This document shows positions 19,734-28,033 of a stretch of 64,000 nucleotides of DNA, piece by piece. The position numbers and the translations under genes are program-made. Origin of the DNA: Polyangiaceae bacterium (GTDB lineage Bacteria; Myxococcota_A; Polyangia; Polyangiales; Polyangiaceae); NCBI GenBank assembly GCA_044222475.1, contig JBGANF010000033.1, forward strand, positions 1 to 64,000. The letters run 5' to 3'. The notes beneath the pieces are model-generated. The model had not been told where the DNA came from and ran no database searches. It saw nothing but the letters and a program-made list of their open reading frames with translations. Each line of letters starts with the position of its first letter. Within the stretch, counting starts at the first letter, position 1.

Positions 19734-20984
19734 TCAAGGCAAGCTGACTTGATTCGCGACCGTCCAGAACGCCGACGTGGGCGCGCCCTGGCCTTTCACC
19801 GGCGCAGCCGCCTGACCGAAGAACGAATCGCCCCAGCACCACACCGAGCCGTCGGTCCCGAGCGCGCACGCGTGGTTCGCACCGATCGCGATGGACGTCG
19901 CTCGAATCGCGAGCGGGATCTTCTGCGGGGGCTTCTGACCCGACGAGGAGTCGTCGCCCCAGCACAGTACGTCACCCGGTTTGACGACGTCGCAGGCGCG
20001 GTTCGCGCCGAGCGCGATTGCCGACGCGCCGGCGATCGCGGTCGCAGGGACCGGGGTCTTCTCGTGCTTCGAGCCCGGTTGGAACGGCGCCGTCGCCGAG
20101 GCGCCCCAGCACTTCGCGCTTCCATCGGCGAAGAGCCCGCAGTGCGTCGCGATGCCGAGCGCGAGCGCGCTCGCGCCGTGCAGCGCCGGTACCGTCGTCG
20201 GCGCGACCTGGGCGACCGTCGCCGGGGCCATGACGCCGAAGCAGAGGACGTCGCCGTTCTTCTTCTCCACGCAGGTGACCCGCTCTCCGACCGCGACGAG
20301 GACGACGTCGGTCAGACCCGGGACGATCTGCGGAGACGGGACCTTCACCGCGCCGTAGCCGAGCTTCTCGACCGCGCCGGGCGGCGGCTGGACCGGAACG
20401 GTGCCGAGCTCGCCGTGGAAATTCTGACCCCAGCAATCCAGCGTGCCGTCCTCGTGTCGTGCGCAGGCGTGGGTCGTGCTCACCGCGATCTGCACGACGT
20501 GGGTCATGGCCGGCACCGGCGTCGCGGCCGACCGATCGACGGTGGTCCCGTCGCCGACGACGCCGTCGCCGTTCGCGCCCCAGCAGCGCACCGTCCCGTC
20601 CGCGAGGCGCGCGCACCCGGTGTCTCCGCCGACTGCGAGCTCCACCGCGTTGGCGAGACCGTCGACCGGCTCTGGCCTGTCCCGACATGGTACCGGTGCT
20701 GGCGGCAAGCCGTGGATGTCGAGCACGGAGCAGCTCTCGGTCGACTTCGACCCGAGCTGACCGTGTTCGTTGCGACCCCAGCAGAACACGCGACCGTCGT
20801 CGCCGAGTGCGCACGAGTGCTCCGTTCCCACGGCGACCGCCGTCGCCTTGCGTCCGGAGACCCGCGCATCGGCGACCGCCGGCGGTGGCGCAGTCGCGCT
20901 CGCTTTTGGGCCGGGCTCGGGCTTGGTGCACGCGAGAGCGAGCCCGACGGACGCGAGGGCAAGGGCAGCGCGGGCGCGGGTCAT
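19734..20984 (-). CDS. RCC1/BLIP-II repeat lipoprotein
   Basis: LALAC lipobox; repeated GxxHxCAL..DGxVxCWGxNxxGQLG units. Confidence 0.88.
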   Translation of the reverse strand: MTRARAALALASVGLALACTKPEPGPKASATAPPPAVADARVSGRKATAVAVGTEHSCALGDDGRVFCWGRNEHGQLGSKSTESCSVLDIHGLPPAPVPCRDRPEPVDGLANAVELAVGGDTGCARLADGTVRCWGANGDGVVGDGTTVDRSAATPVPAMTHVVQIAVSTTHACARHEDGTLDCWGQNFHGELGTVPVQPPPGAVEKLGYGAVKVPSPQIVPGLTDVVLVAVGERVTCVEKKNGDVLCFGVMAPATVAQVAPTTVPALHGASALALGIATHCGLFADGSAKCWGASATAPFQPGSKHEKTPVPATAIAGASAIALGANRACDVVKPGDVLCWGDDSSSGQKPPQKIPLAIRATSIAIGANHACALGTDGSVWCWGDSFFGQAAAPVKGQGAPTSAFWTVANQVSLP

Positions 20985-21040
20985 CCTCGGATCTACGCAC
21001 TTCCCGGGCGAACGTTCCATCCTTCGCGTACGATCGCCCG

Positions 21041-21844
21041 GTGACCGAAGAGAAATCACCCGCGAAGATCGCCTGGGAGGCGTTGAAGCTGAGCGGGCGC
21101 GCCACCGGGCGCGCGGCGGCGTGGGTCGGGCGCAAGGCGTCTGCGGCCTATCTGTCGATCGATCCCGACGTGCGCCTGCACGTCGCCGATCTGCCGCTCG
21201 CGGCGACGACGATGCTCGGGCCGCGCATCGCCGACATCGCACCCATGCCGGACGATGGGCATCGAGTCGTCGTGTGCGTCCACGGTCTCGCGGGGCACCG
21301 ACAGAATTTCTTTCCGCTGCGCGCGTACCTCCGGCTGCACGGACGTCAACGTTCGTACTCGTTGGGCTACGACGACGACGAGCCACTCGAAGTTGCCGCG
21401 AGCGCGCTCGTGCGCGCCGCCGCGGAGATCCGCCGCGTGAACGAGCTCGCCGACGACGTGAAGGTCGATCTCGTGGCCCACAGCATGGGCGGCATCGTCG
21501 CGCGGCTCGCGCTCCTCGATCCGGCGTTCGCCGCCCAGGTGCACACGTTCGTCACGCTGGGTACGCCGCACCAAGGCACGCTCGCAGCGCGCTACCTCGC
21601 GACTCCGCGCTCGCTCGATCTCCGCCCCGGATCGCCGATCTTCCAGCGGCTGTCGGCCCAGGTGCCATGGGCGCCGCCGCTCCCGACGCTGATCGCGTTC
21701 CACAGCCCGGCCGACATCCTGATGCTCCCGGCGTCCACCGCGTCGCTTCCCGGGGCCGACAACCGCGAGCTCGCGAACGTGTCGCACTCCGGGTACCTCG
21801 TGCGCCCTCGCGTGCTCGCCCAAGTCGAAACGGCCTTGCGCTGA
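21041..21844 (+). CDS. Alpha/beta-hydrolase (lipase/esterase family)
   Basis: VCVHGL, DLVAHSMGG nucleophile elbow, TLGTPHQGT, VSHSG; GTG start at 21041. Confidence 0.85.
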   Translation: MTEEKSPAKIAWEALKLSGRATGRAAAWVGRKASAAYLSIDPDVRLHVADLPLAATTMLGPRIADIAPMPDDGHRVVVCVHGLAGHRQNFFPLRAYLRLHGRQRSYSLGYDDDEPLEVAASALVRAAAEIRRVNELADDVKVDLVAHSMGGIVARLALLDPAFAAQVHTFVTLGTPHQGTLAARYLATPRSLDLRPGSPIFQRLSAQVPWAPPLPTLIAFHSPADILMLPASTASLPGADNRELANVSHSGYLVRPRVLAQVETALR

Positions 21845-21905
21845 CGGCGACCGCAGCTCGGGCCAACATCCCGACGCGCAGCGGAGGGACCGCGTGGAGG
21901 GGAGG

Positions 21906-22007
21906 CTCGTTGGGCTCTGGCCAACGAGGGGAGGCGGCGCGAGCCGCCTTCCCCAGGGTACGTGAACTGAATCACCGCGTGATCGGAGATCACTAGCGGT
22001 GATTCAG
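21906..22007. other. Cluster of three hairpins between convergent genes (terminator or REP-like element)
   Basis: ctcgttgg/ccaacgag (21906-21928); ggggaggcggc-GCGA-gccgccttcccc (21928-21954); ctgaatcaccgc/gcggtgattcag with inner gtgatc/gatcac (21967-22007). Confidence 0.55.
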
Positions 22008-22487
22008 GTGGCGCCGGTGCGCGCCCGCGCCGAGCTTCGTCACGTCGACGATGACCGACAGGAGCAACGTGAAGAGTCGCCGGTACGTCTCGTGATCGGG
22101 CGCGAAGCCGGTGAGCTCGGCGGCGAGCGTCTTCGCGCCGCCGTCGTGGACGACCTTCTTCGCCATGTCGAGCGCCTGCATTTTGGACGACGACTCGGAC
22201 GCATGCTCCGACTGCATGCGTCGAATGATGAGCAGGTACTCGTCGACGTGGGGCTTCAGCTTGTGGTGCGCGACGATCCGGGTCTCGATGACGGCGCCGC
22301 CGTCGTCGAACGTGACGAGCACCACGTCGTCGCCGTCGATCGACACGTGGAGGGTGTGGTCGTCCTCGCCGCCGAGCTTGGCGTCGTCGAGGAGATCGAC
22401 GATGGACGTACGCCAATCGTCACGCCGCAGCTGCGGCGCGTGATCCCAGAGTCGATCGTCGATGCGAAGAACCGCGATCGCCATCAA
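21993..22487 (-). CDS. UPF0262 family protein
   Basis: SIVDLL, EYLLII, QALDMAKKVVHDGGA, DHETYRRLFTLL resemble UPF0262 motifs. Confidence 0.75.
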   Translation of the reverse strand: MMAIAVLRIDDRLWDHAPQLRRDDWRTSIVDLLDDAKLGGEDDHTLHVSIDGDDVVLVTFDDGGAVIETRIVAHHKLKPHVDEYLLIIRRMQSEHASESSSKMQALDMAKKVVHDGGAKTLAAELTGFAPDHETYRRLFTLLLSVIVDVTKLGAGAHRRHLNHR

Positions 22488-22535
22488 TCACCGGCGGATT
22501 CGTTTTGGGTTCGGGACCCAATCAGGTGCGACGAA

Positions 22536-23207
22536 TCAGCGACCGGCTTTGCGCTTCTTGGTGGCTTTGACGCCCTGACGGATGAGGACGACGCCGCCCT
22601 TCGAGCCCGGAACCGCACCCTCGATGAGGAGGAGGTGCTTCTCGGTGTCGATCTGGGCGACCTTGAGGTTGAGGACGCTGACCGTCTCGTCGCCGTAGTG
22701 CCCGCCCATCTTCAGGTTGGGGAGCGTGCGACCCGGGGTCATGTTCGTTCCGATCGAGCCGCCGTGGCGGAAGTACTCGTGCGTACCGTGCGAGCTCACG
22801 TTGCCGGCGAAGCTCCAGCGGCGCATGACGCCGGTGAAACCGCGGCCGCGCGTCTTGCCGCGCGCGTCGACGAGCTGACCGGGCGTGAAGATCTCGTCGA
22901 GCTTCATGACCGCGCCGGCCTCGTACTTGGCGGCGAACTCGTCGGAGCAGCGGAGCTCCTGGACGATCTTCTTCGGCGTGGTGCCGGCCTTCTTGAACTG
23001 GCCCGCGACGGACTTCGTCGTGTGCTTCGCCTTGCGCTCCTCGAGGCCGAGGACGAGGGCGGTGTAGCCGTCCTTCTCTTTCGTGCGCTTCGCGATGACG
23101 GTGACCGGTCCCGCCTCGATGACGGTGACGCGGGAGACGTTGCCTTCGGCCGTGTAGACCTGGGTGTTGCCGAGCTTGCGCCCGATGATGCCGGGGTTCG
23201 TGTTCAT
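22536..23207 (-). CDS. rplC: 50S ribosomal protein L3 (stand-alone)
   Basis: GIIGRKLGNTQ, VTVIEAGP, KDGYTALVLG, GKTRGRGFTGVMRRW, SHGTHEYFRHGGSIG..TPGR, KMGGHYG, LLIEGAVPG. Confidence 0.96.
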   Translation of the reverse strand: MNTNPGIIGRKLGNTQVYTAEGNVSRVTVIEAGPVTVIAKRTKEKDGYTALVLGLEERKAKHTTKSVAGQFKKAGTTPKKIVQELRCSDEFAAKYEAGAVMKLDEIFTPGQLVDARGKTRGRGFTGVMRRWSFAGNVSSHGTHEYFRHGGSIGTNMTPGRTLPNLKMGGHYGDETVSVLNLKVAQIDTEKHLLLIEGAVPGSKGGVVLIRQGVKATKKRKAGR

Positions 23208-23327
23208 GATCGCCTCGATCGCTCCGAGGTGGTTTGGGAAGGGGATGCTGCTTTCCTCGGGGCCATCCGCGCTGAAAGAGCGGAGCGTTCGGGAGCGACG
23301 ACCGCGCTGGCCTTTTGGAAGGCGCGG

Positions 23328-23355
23328 AACATACGCGGTTTTCCCGGACCGTCAA
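23328..23355 (-). promoter_or_regulatory. Sigma-70-type promoter for rplC
   Basis: Minus strand TTGACG-N16-TATGTT about 120 nt upstream of the rplC start. Confidence 0.55.
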
Positions 23356-23816
23356 GTCAGGCGCTTCAGGCCCGCCTTCACCCCGTCGAGGTGGGTGTCC
23401 GCGCTGAGCTCGGCTTTGTAGACGCCGGCGACCTTGCCCTGCTTGTCGATGAGGTAGGTGACCCGGCTCGGGCGACCCACCAGGTTCCGGAAGAAGGAGA
23501 GGGCGCCGAACGCCTTGGCCAGCGACTTTTCGGTGTCGGCCACCAGCGGGAAGGGGACTTTGTACTCCTTGGCGAACTTCTCGTGGGTCTCGTTGTCGTC
23601 GAACGAGACGCCGATCACCTCGGTGTCGCCGTCGCGGAGCTCCCCGTACATGTCCCGGAAACCGCAGGTTTCCTTGGTGCAGACCAGGGTGAAATCCTTC
23701 GGATAGAAGTAGATGACGACGTTCTTCTTCCCCTTGAGCTCACGGAGGGAGAGGCGGGTGCCGTTGGAGGCTACGACGTCGAAATCGGGGGCTTGATCGC
23801 CGACGGAGAGAGACAT
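23352..23816 (-). CDS. bcp: Peroxiredoxin, Bcp/PrxQ family
   Basis: VGDQAPDF, YFYPKDFTLVCTKETCGFRD, GVSFD, RVTYLIDKQG. Confidence 0.88.
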   Translation of the reverse strand: MSLSVGDQAPDFDVVASNGTRLSLRELKGKKNVVIYFYPKDFTLVCTKETCGFRDMYGELRDGDTEVIGVSFDDNETHEKFAKEYKVPFPLVADTEKSLAKAFGALSFFRNLVGRPSRVTYLIDKQGKVAGVYKAELSADTHLDGVKAGLKRLT

Positions 23817-23871
23817 GGCGGCTGGGATGCTAGTCGAACGCATCTGGTTTCGTCGGCTTCGTCGCGCTGCG

Positions 23872-23900
23872 TTGACAGGTCACACCCTGCGTGCTTTAAA
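23872..23900 (+). promoter_or_regulatory. Probable sigma-70 promoter for rplS
   Basis: Perfect TTGACA at 23872-23877, then a weak AT-rich -10 (TTTAAA) after 17 nt. Confidence 0.4.
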
Positions 23901-23938
23901 CCGCCGCCCTGTTTCCCCCCTCGTAGGAGCTCTCCGTC

Positions 23939-24295
23939 ATGCACACGAACCCGAAGATCGCCGAAATCGAGCGCGCGCAACTCCGCGACACCCTTCCCGA
24001 TTTCCGCGTGGGCGACACGGTCCGCGTGCACTACAAGATCGTCGAAGGCGACAAGGATCGCGTTCAGGTCTTCCAGGGCGTCGTCCTCAAGCGTCACCGC
24101 TCGGGTGCGCGCAGCACGTTCACCGTGCGAAAGATCAGCTTCAACGTCGGCGTCGAGCGCGTGTTCCTCACCCACTCGCCCCGCATCGACAAGGTCGAGG
24201 TCGTGTCGCGCGGCGTGGTTCGTCGCTCGCGCCTCTTCTACCTCCGTGACCTCGCCGGCAAGGCCGCCCGAGTGCGCGACGCGAAAGACGCCTGA
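23939..24295 (+). CDS. rplS: 50S ribosomal protein L19
   Basis: [61 protein letters not shown]. Confidence 0.97.
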   Translation: MHTNPKIAEIERAQLRDTLPDFRVGDTVRVHYKIVEGDKDRVQVFQGVVLKRHRSGARSTFTVRKISFNVGVERVFLTHSPRIDKVEVVSRGVVRRSRLFYLRDLAGKAARVRDAKDA

Positions 24296-24319
24296 TCTTC
24301 GCACCCACCGAAACGACTG

Positions 24320-24350
24320 AAAGCCCGCGACCCGCGGGCTTTTTCGTTTT
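24320..24350 (+). terminator. Rho-independent terminator after rplS
   Basis: aaagcccgcg-acc-cgcgggcttt followed by a T-rich tract. Confidence 0.85.
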
Positions 24351-24352
24351 CG

Positions 24353-24440
24353 CTCTCGGAGAGGAGAGAACAGGAAGGGCGGAAGAACACCCCCAAAACC
24401 TTCCGTACTTCCGCCCTTCCTGTTCACTCTCTCTGGAGAG
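24353..24440. repeat. Palindromic REP-like element with a perfect 18-bp stem
   Basis: gaacaggaagggcggaag (24368-24385) is the exact reverse complement of cttccgcccttcctgttc (24408-24425); imperfect ctctc/gagag extension. Confidence 0.75.
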
Positions 24441-24480
24441 CGACGCGGGACAGAGCGCTCGTCCCAATTTGGGACGACGG

Positions 24481-25011
24481 CTACTCCGTAGGCTTCGGCG
24501 GCGGGCCGAGCTGGATGCGCTCGCCGATGTACGCGCCGATGAGCGTGAAGAGCACGCCGATCGCGGCCATGATGATGTAGAGGAACGTCGGCATCGTCCG
24601 CACCGTCTGGCTGAGGACGAGGAAGTACGTCGTCGGGATCGCGACGATGAAGCTCGCCACGACCGGCTCCACGAAGGTGCGGCCTGGCGAGATCATGCCG
24701 ACGAGCAAGCCGCCCATCGCCCACACGGGGATGCACACCGTCATTCCGTTGCCACCCTCGAGGTCGATCGCGGTGATGACCATCGGCAACCCGAAGACGA
24801 TCGCCGCGGTCAGGAGGCCCTGCACCAGGAGCGCGATCCCCATCCAGGCGACGCTGACGCCTTCTTGCTGGTATCGGCGTTCGAGCTCTTCCTCGCGGCT
24901 CCGCGTGACCTTGCCGAGGCCCTCGAGCTTGGCACCGCACGAAACGCAGCGGGCGCTTCCGGGGGGGTTCTGCTTGTACCCGCAGGAGGGGCATACGGTC
25001 GTTGTGGCCAT
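24481..25011 (-). CDS. Zinc-ribbon domain membrane protein (about 4 TM)
   Basis: CPSC...CVSCG then four hydrophobic segments. Confidence 0.75.
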   Translation of the reverse strand: MATTTVCPSCGYKQNPPGSARCVSCGAKLEGLGKVTRSREEELERRYQQEGVSVAWMGIALLVQGLLTAAIVFGLPMVITAIDLEGGNGMTVCIPVWAMGGLLVGMISPGRTFVEPVVASFIVAIPTTYFLVLSQTVRTMPTFLYIIMAAIGVLFTLIGAYIGERIQLGPPPKPTE

Positions 25012-25157
25012 GTCGAGCGAGGGTAACCTCTCTCTTTCCAGAGTGTAAAGGTCATGGATGACGGGAACCTGGAGCCAGGCGCGCTGTCCCACCTCCGTCG
25101 GGCGCCTTCTGGTAGCCTCAGCCCGAGCCCCCGCCAGTCCCCTTTCCAGCGAACGCC

Positions 25158-25829
25158 ATGCCGAATCCGACCGCAGAATCCGCTGATCTCGCCGGCCAGC
25201 ACCGTTTGGCCGACCGCGAAGAGGTCGATCCGGAGCTCCTCCAGCTCCCGGATCCGCCGCGGAAAGAGCGCCGGACGACCCTCGCGCTCCTCGCCATCTC
25301 GGGGCTGCTCTCCGCGGCGATGGCCTTCGGGCTCTCCCGAGACGCGAGCTACGCCCTGGGCGGTTCCAGCGCGACTGGAATCGGGGACCTGCGCTCGGCC
25401 AATGCCTCCACCTTCGTCCCGAACTCCTACGTCGAGGGGACCGGGCGCCTGAGCGGGTCCGGAGCGCTCCGCTACGAGCGCCCGTTCGAGAGCGATTCGT
25501 ACCGCCTGATGCCCGTCGCCGGACGGGAGGACGTGTGGGTCGAAGTTCGAGTGCCCGCCGGGGACGAGTCGGGTCGCTTCGTGCCTCCTCAGGAGTTCAG
25601 CGGACGCCTCGTGCCGTTCTCCAAGGTCGGGCTTCGTCATCGCGGCCTGCGCGGCGGGGTCGAGGACATGACGGGTCAGAAGGTGCCCGAGACGGCGTGG
25701 CTCCTCGTCGATGGGCAGACTCCGGGAGACGCGCGTTGGTCGGCGATGCTCGCCGCGATGTTCGCCGCGTTCGCGGTGTGGAACGTCGTGGCGCTGGTGC
25801 GGCTGACGCGCAAAGTGAAAGACGCGTAA
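25158..25829 (+). CDS. Hypothetical membrane protein (N- and C-terminal TM)
   Basis: Two hydrophobic segments flanking a soluble domain; fills the gap with protein-like composition. Confidence 0.7.
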   Translation: MPNPTAESADLAGQHRLADREEVDPELLQLPDPPRKERRTTLALLAISGLLSAAMAFGLSRDASYALGGSSATGIGDLRSANASTFVPNSYVEGTGRLSGSGALRYERPFESDSYRLMPVAGREDVWVEVRVPAGDESGRFVPPQEFSGRLVPFSKVGLRHRGLRGGVEDMTGQKVPETAWLLVDGQTPGDARWSAMLAAMFAAFAVWNVVALVRLTRKVKDA

Positions 25830-25852
25830 GCGTCTCGGGCGCGGGCCTCAAG

Positions 25853-26089
25853 GTTGCGGAAGAGGGGGGTGGTCGCGTGTTGCGTGCCCTCGTGCCGGTC
25901 TGCAGCGTGAGCGCTCGGGAGCGGGAGCGGGAAGGGGAGCGGGAAGGGCCGCCCGTTCTTCATCGCTGAACGCGCGCGCGTTTGCCGAGCCGGGAGTTTC
26001 TCCCGCTCCCGCTCCCCCTCCCCCTCCCGAGCGACAACTTCACAAGCCGGCAGGCGGGCACGCAACCTGCGAATACGCTCTCCGCAGCG
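25853..26089. repeat. About 240-bp imperfect inverted-repeat element with (GGGAGC)n arms
   Basis: gttgcgtgccc (25879-25889) pairs with gggcacgcaac (26056-26066); tgccgg/ccggca; cgctcgggagcgggagcggg.. (from 25912) pairs with ..ctcccgctcccgctccccctccccctcccgagcg (26000-26033). Confidence 0.7.
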
Positions 26090-27955
26090 CTACGTCGGCA
26101 ACACGGTCGGCAGGATCTTCTCCAGGTCGTCGATCGGACCTCGCAGCGTGTCGATCGCTTCTTCCCAGAACTTCGGATCGCTGACGTCGCGCCCGAGCGT
26201 CTCTTTCACGACGTCCTCGGCCATCGCGCGTCCGCTCATCCGCAAGAAGGCCTCGTAGCGGGGCAGGAACGACGGACCGTCGGCCTTGAAGCGGCTGAAG
26301 ATCCACCGCGAGAGCAGGAACCCGAACGTGTACGGAAAGTTGTAGAATGCAATGTCGGGGATGAAGAAGTGGAGCTTCGAGGCCCAGAACCACGGGTCTT
26401 CGCCGCCGGGAGTGAGCGCGTCGCCGAAGATCTCTCGCTGCGTCTCGCTCATGAGCTCGCAGAGTCGACCCTTGGCGACCTCGCCCGCTTTGCGCTCGTC
26501 GTAGAACTTCGACTCGAAGAAGAACCGAGTCGGGATGTCGAGCAGGAAGGCCGCCGCGTCGCCAGCGAGCTCGCCGAGGAGGAGCGCCTTCTGCACCGCC
26601 GGGGTGCTCGGATCGGACAAGAGCCCGTCGGCGAGGAGGTTCTCGGCGAACGTCGATGCCGTCTCGGCGAGGGTCATCGGGTACTGGCGCGCGAGCACGC
26701 GCTCGGGCACGAGCAGGTGCGAGTGGAACGCGTGGCCGATCTCGTGAGCGAGAGTCGACACGTCGCCGTACGAGCCCTGGAACGTCATGAACACGCGCGT
26801 CTCGCCGGTGACGTCGCTGCCGGTGCAGTACGCGCCCGGGCGCTTGCCCGCGCGCGCCTCGGCTTCGACCCAGCGCTTGGCGAGCGAGTCGTCGAAGTAC
26901 GTGCGGAGGGCAGGGTAGTTGCGGCCGAACGCGCCGCGGATCATCTCCACGCCAGCAGCCCACGTCACGCGCTCCGAGCTGGCGAGCGGGAGCGGTGCCT
27001 CGAGGTCGTACCAAGCGATGCGCGAGTCCTCGGTGCGCATCGCCTTGCCCTTGAGGCGCAGGCCTCTGCGAGCGACCTCGGCGCCAGACTTCACCGCCTC
27101 CATCATGGCGGCCAGCGTCTTCTTGCCGATGCACGCGTCGTGGAGGGCGAGGTCGTGTACGTGGGCGATGCCGCGCCGCTCGTTGAGCACGTGACGCGTC
27201 CCGGCGATGTGGTTGAGTGACGCCGCGGTCACGTCACCCATCGCGTCCCACGCGACGTTGCCGTTCACGAAGGCCGCCTTGCGAACGCGGCGATCGGGGT
27301 CGGCCATCAGCGAGCGGCGCTGGGCCATCGGTACCTTTTCGGTACGCGCCTCAGGAGGCGGCCACGTCATGGAGAACTCGAGCTTGCCGGCGACGACGTC
27401 GTAGAGCCGACCCCAGCCGAAGATGCCATCGGTGCCGAGGTCGGCGGCGAGGCCCTCGAGGTCGCCGCTCATGCGGAACTTGGCGTCGCGCCGGAGCTGG
27501 TCGAGTTGGAACTTCGCGCCTTCGAGCTCGGCGCGGGCGGTGAACGCGGCGAAGTCCGCGTCGCTCGCCTTGCCGAGCGCGCGCTTGAGCTCGGTGCCGA
27601 CCTTCTCGAACGTGGCGCGCAGCGTGCCGAGCTTGGCCTCGGCCTGTTGGTACTGCTCGTTCGCGCCGTCGGCGCTGGTGAGGCAGTTGGTGTACGAGAA
27701 GAGGTGCCCGACCCGGGCCATGGCGTCCTCCCACCGGGCGACGATCGCGGAGAGCATCGGGGCCGACGGAGCGTCGAGCGCGGGCAGCTTGCTGGCGTCG
27801 TCGAGGAGGCCCTTCGCGTCGGCCTCGAGGGCAGCGATGAACGCGCGGTGCTCCGCGCCTTCGAACGCAGGGAAATACGCGGTGAGATCCCACCGAGGCG
27901 GAGGCGAAGCCAGATCGTCCATGTGAGTAGGCGGCGGCGCCGGGGTAGTGTTCAT
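26090..27955 (-). CDS. M3 family oligoendopeptidase (PepF-like)
   Basis: WDLTAYF, KRPGAYC, TLAHEIGHAFH (HExxH), LAETASTFAE, WASKLHF, FYNFPYTFG. Confidence 0.93.
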   Translation of the reverse strand: MNTTPAPPPTHMDDLASPPPRWDLTAYFPAFEGAEHRAFIAALEADAKGLLDDASKLPALDAPSAPMLSAIVARWEDAMARVGHLFSYTNCLTSADGANEQYQQAEAKLGTLRATFEKVGTELKRALGKASDADFAAFTARAELEGAKFQLDQLRRDAKFRMSGDLEGLAADLGTDGIFGWGRLYDVVAGKLEFSMTWPPPEARTEKVPMAQRRSLMADPDRRVRKAAFVNGNVAWDAMGDVTAASLNHIAGTRHVLNERRGIAHVHDLALHDACIGKKTLAAMMEAVKSGAEVARRGLRLKGKAMRTEDSRIAWYDLEAPLPLASSERVTWAAGVEMIRGAFGRNYPALRTYFDDSLAKRWVEAEARAGKRPGAYCTGSDVTGETRVFMTFQGSYGDVSTLAHEIGHAFHSHLLVPERVLARQYPMTLAETASTFAENLLADGLLSDPSTPAVQKALLLGELAGDAAAFLLDIPTRFFFESKFYDERKAGEVAKGRLCELMSETQREIFGDALTPGGEDPWFWASKLHFFIPDIAFYNFPYTFGFLLSRWIFSRFKADGPSFLPRYEAFLRMSGRAMAEDVVKETLGRDVSDPKFWEEAIDTLRGPIDDLEKILPTVLPT

Positions 27956-28033
27956 CGCGCCGAGCACGATACGCGCTTCCTTCCTGGCGGGGAATTGGGG
28001 AAGCTGGTCCGATGGAGTTTTCCCGGCCCGAGC

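Noticed and set aside
21845..21992. 6S RNA, SRP RNA or tRNA in the structured gap
   Set aside because: No SRP conserved loop, no cloverleaf or T-loop, and no 6S-like long rod with a central bubble. Kept only as an unassigned hairpin cluster.
22536..23207. rplC as a decaying pseudogene
   Set aside because: The ORF is full length with the conserved L3 motifs, strongly biased codons and a plausible promoter.
25676..26065. ORFs reading PLPLPLP / EGEREREG across the intergenic repeat
   Set aside because: These are translations of the GGGAGC hexamer repeat; the region is better explained as an inverted-repeat element.
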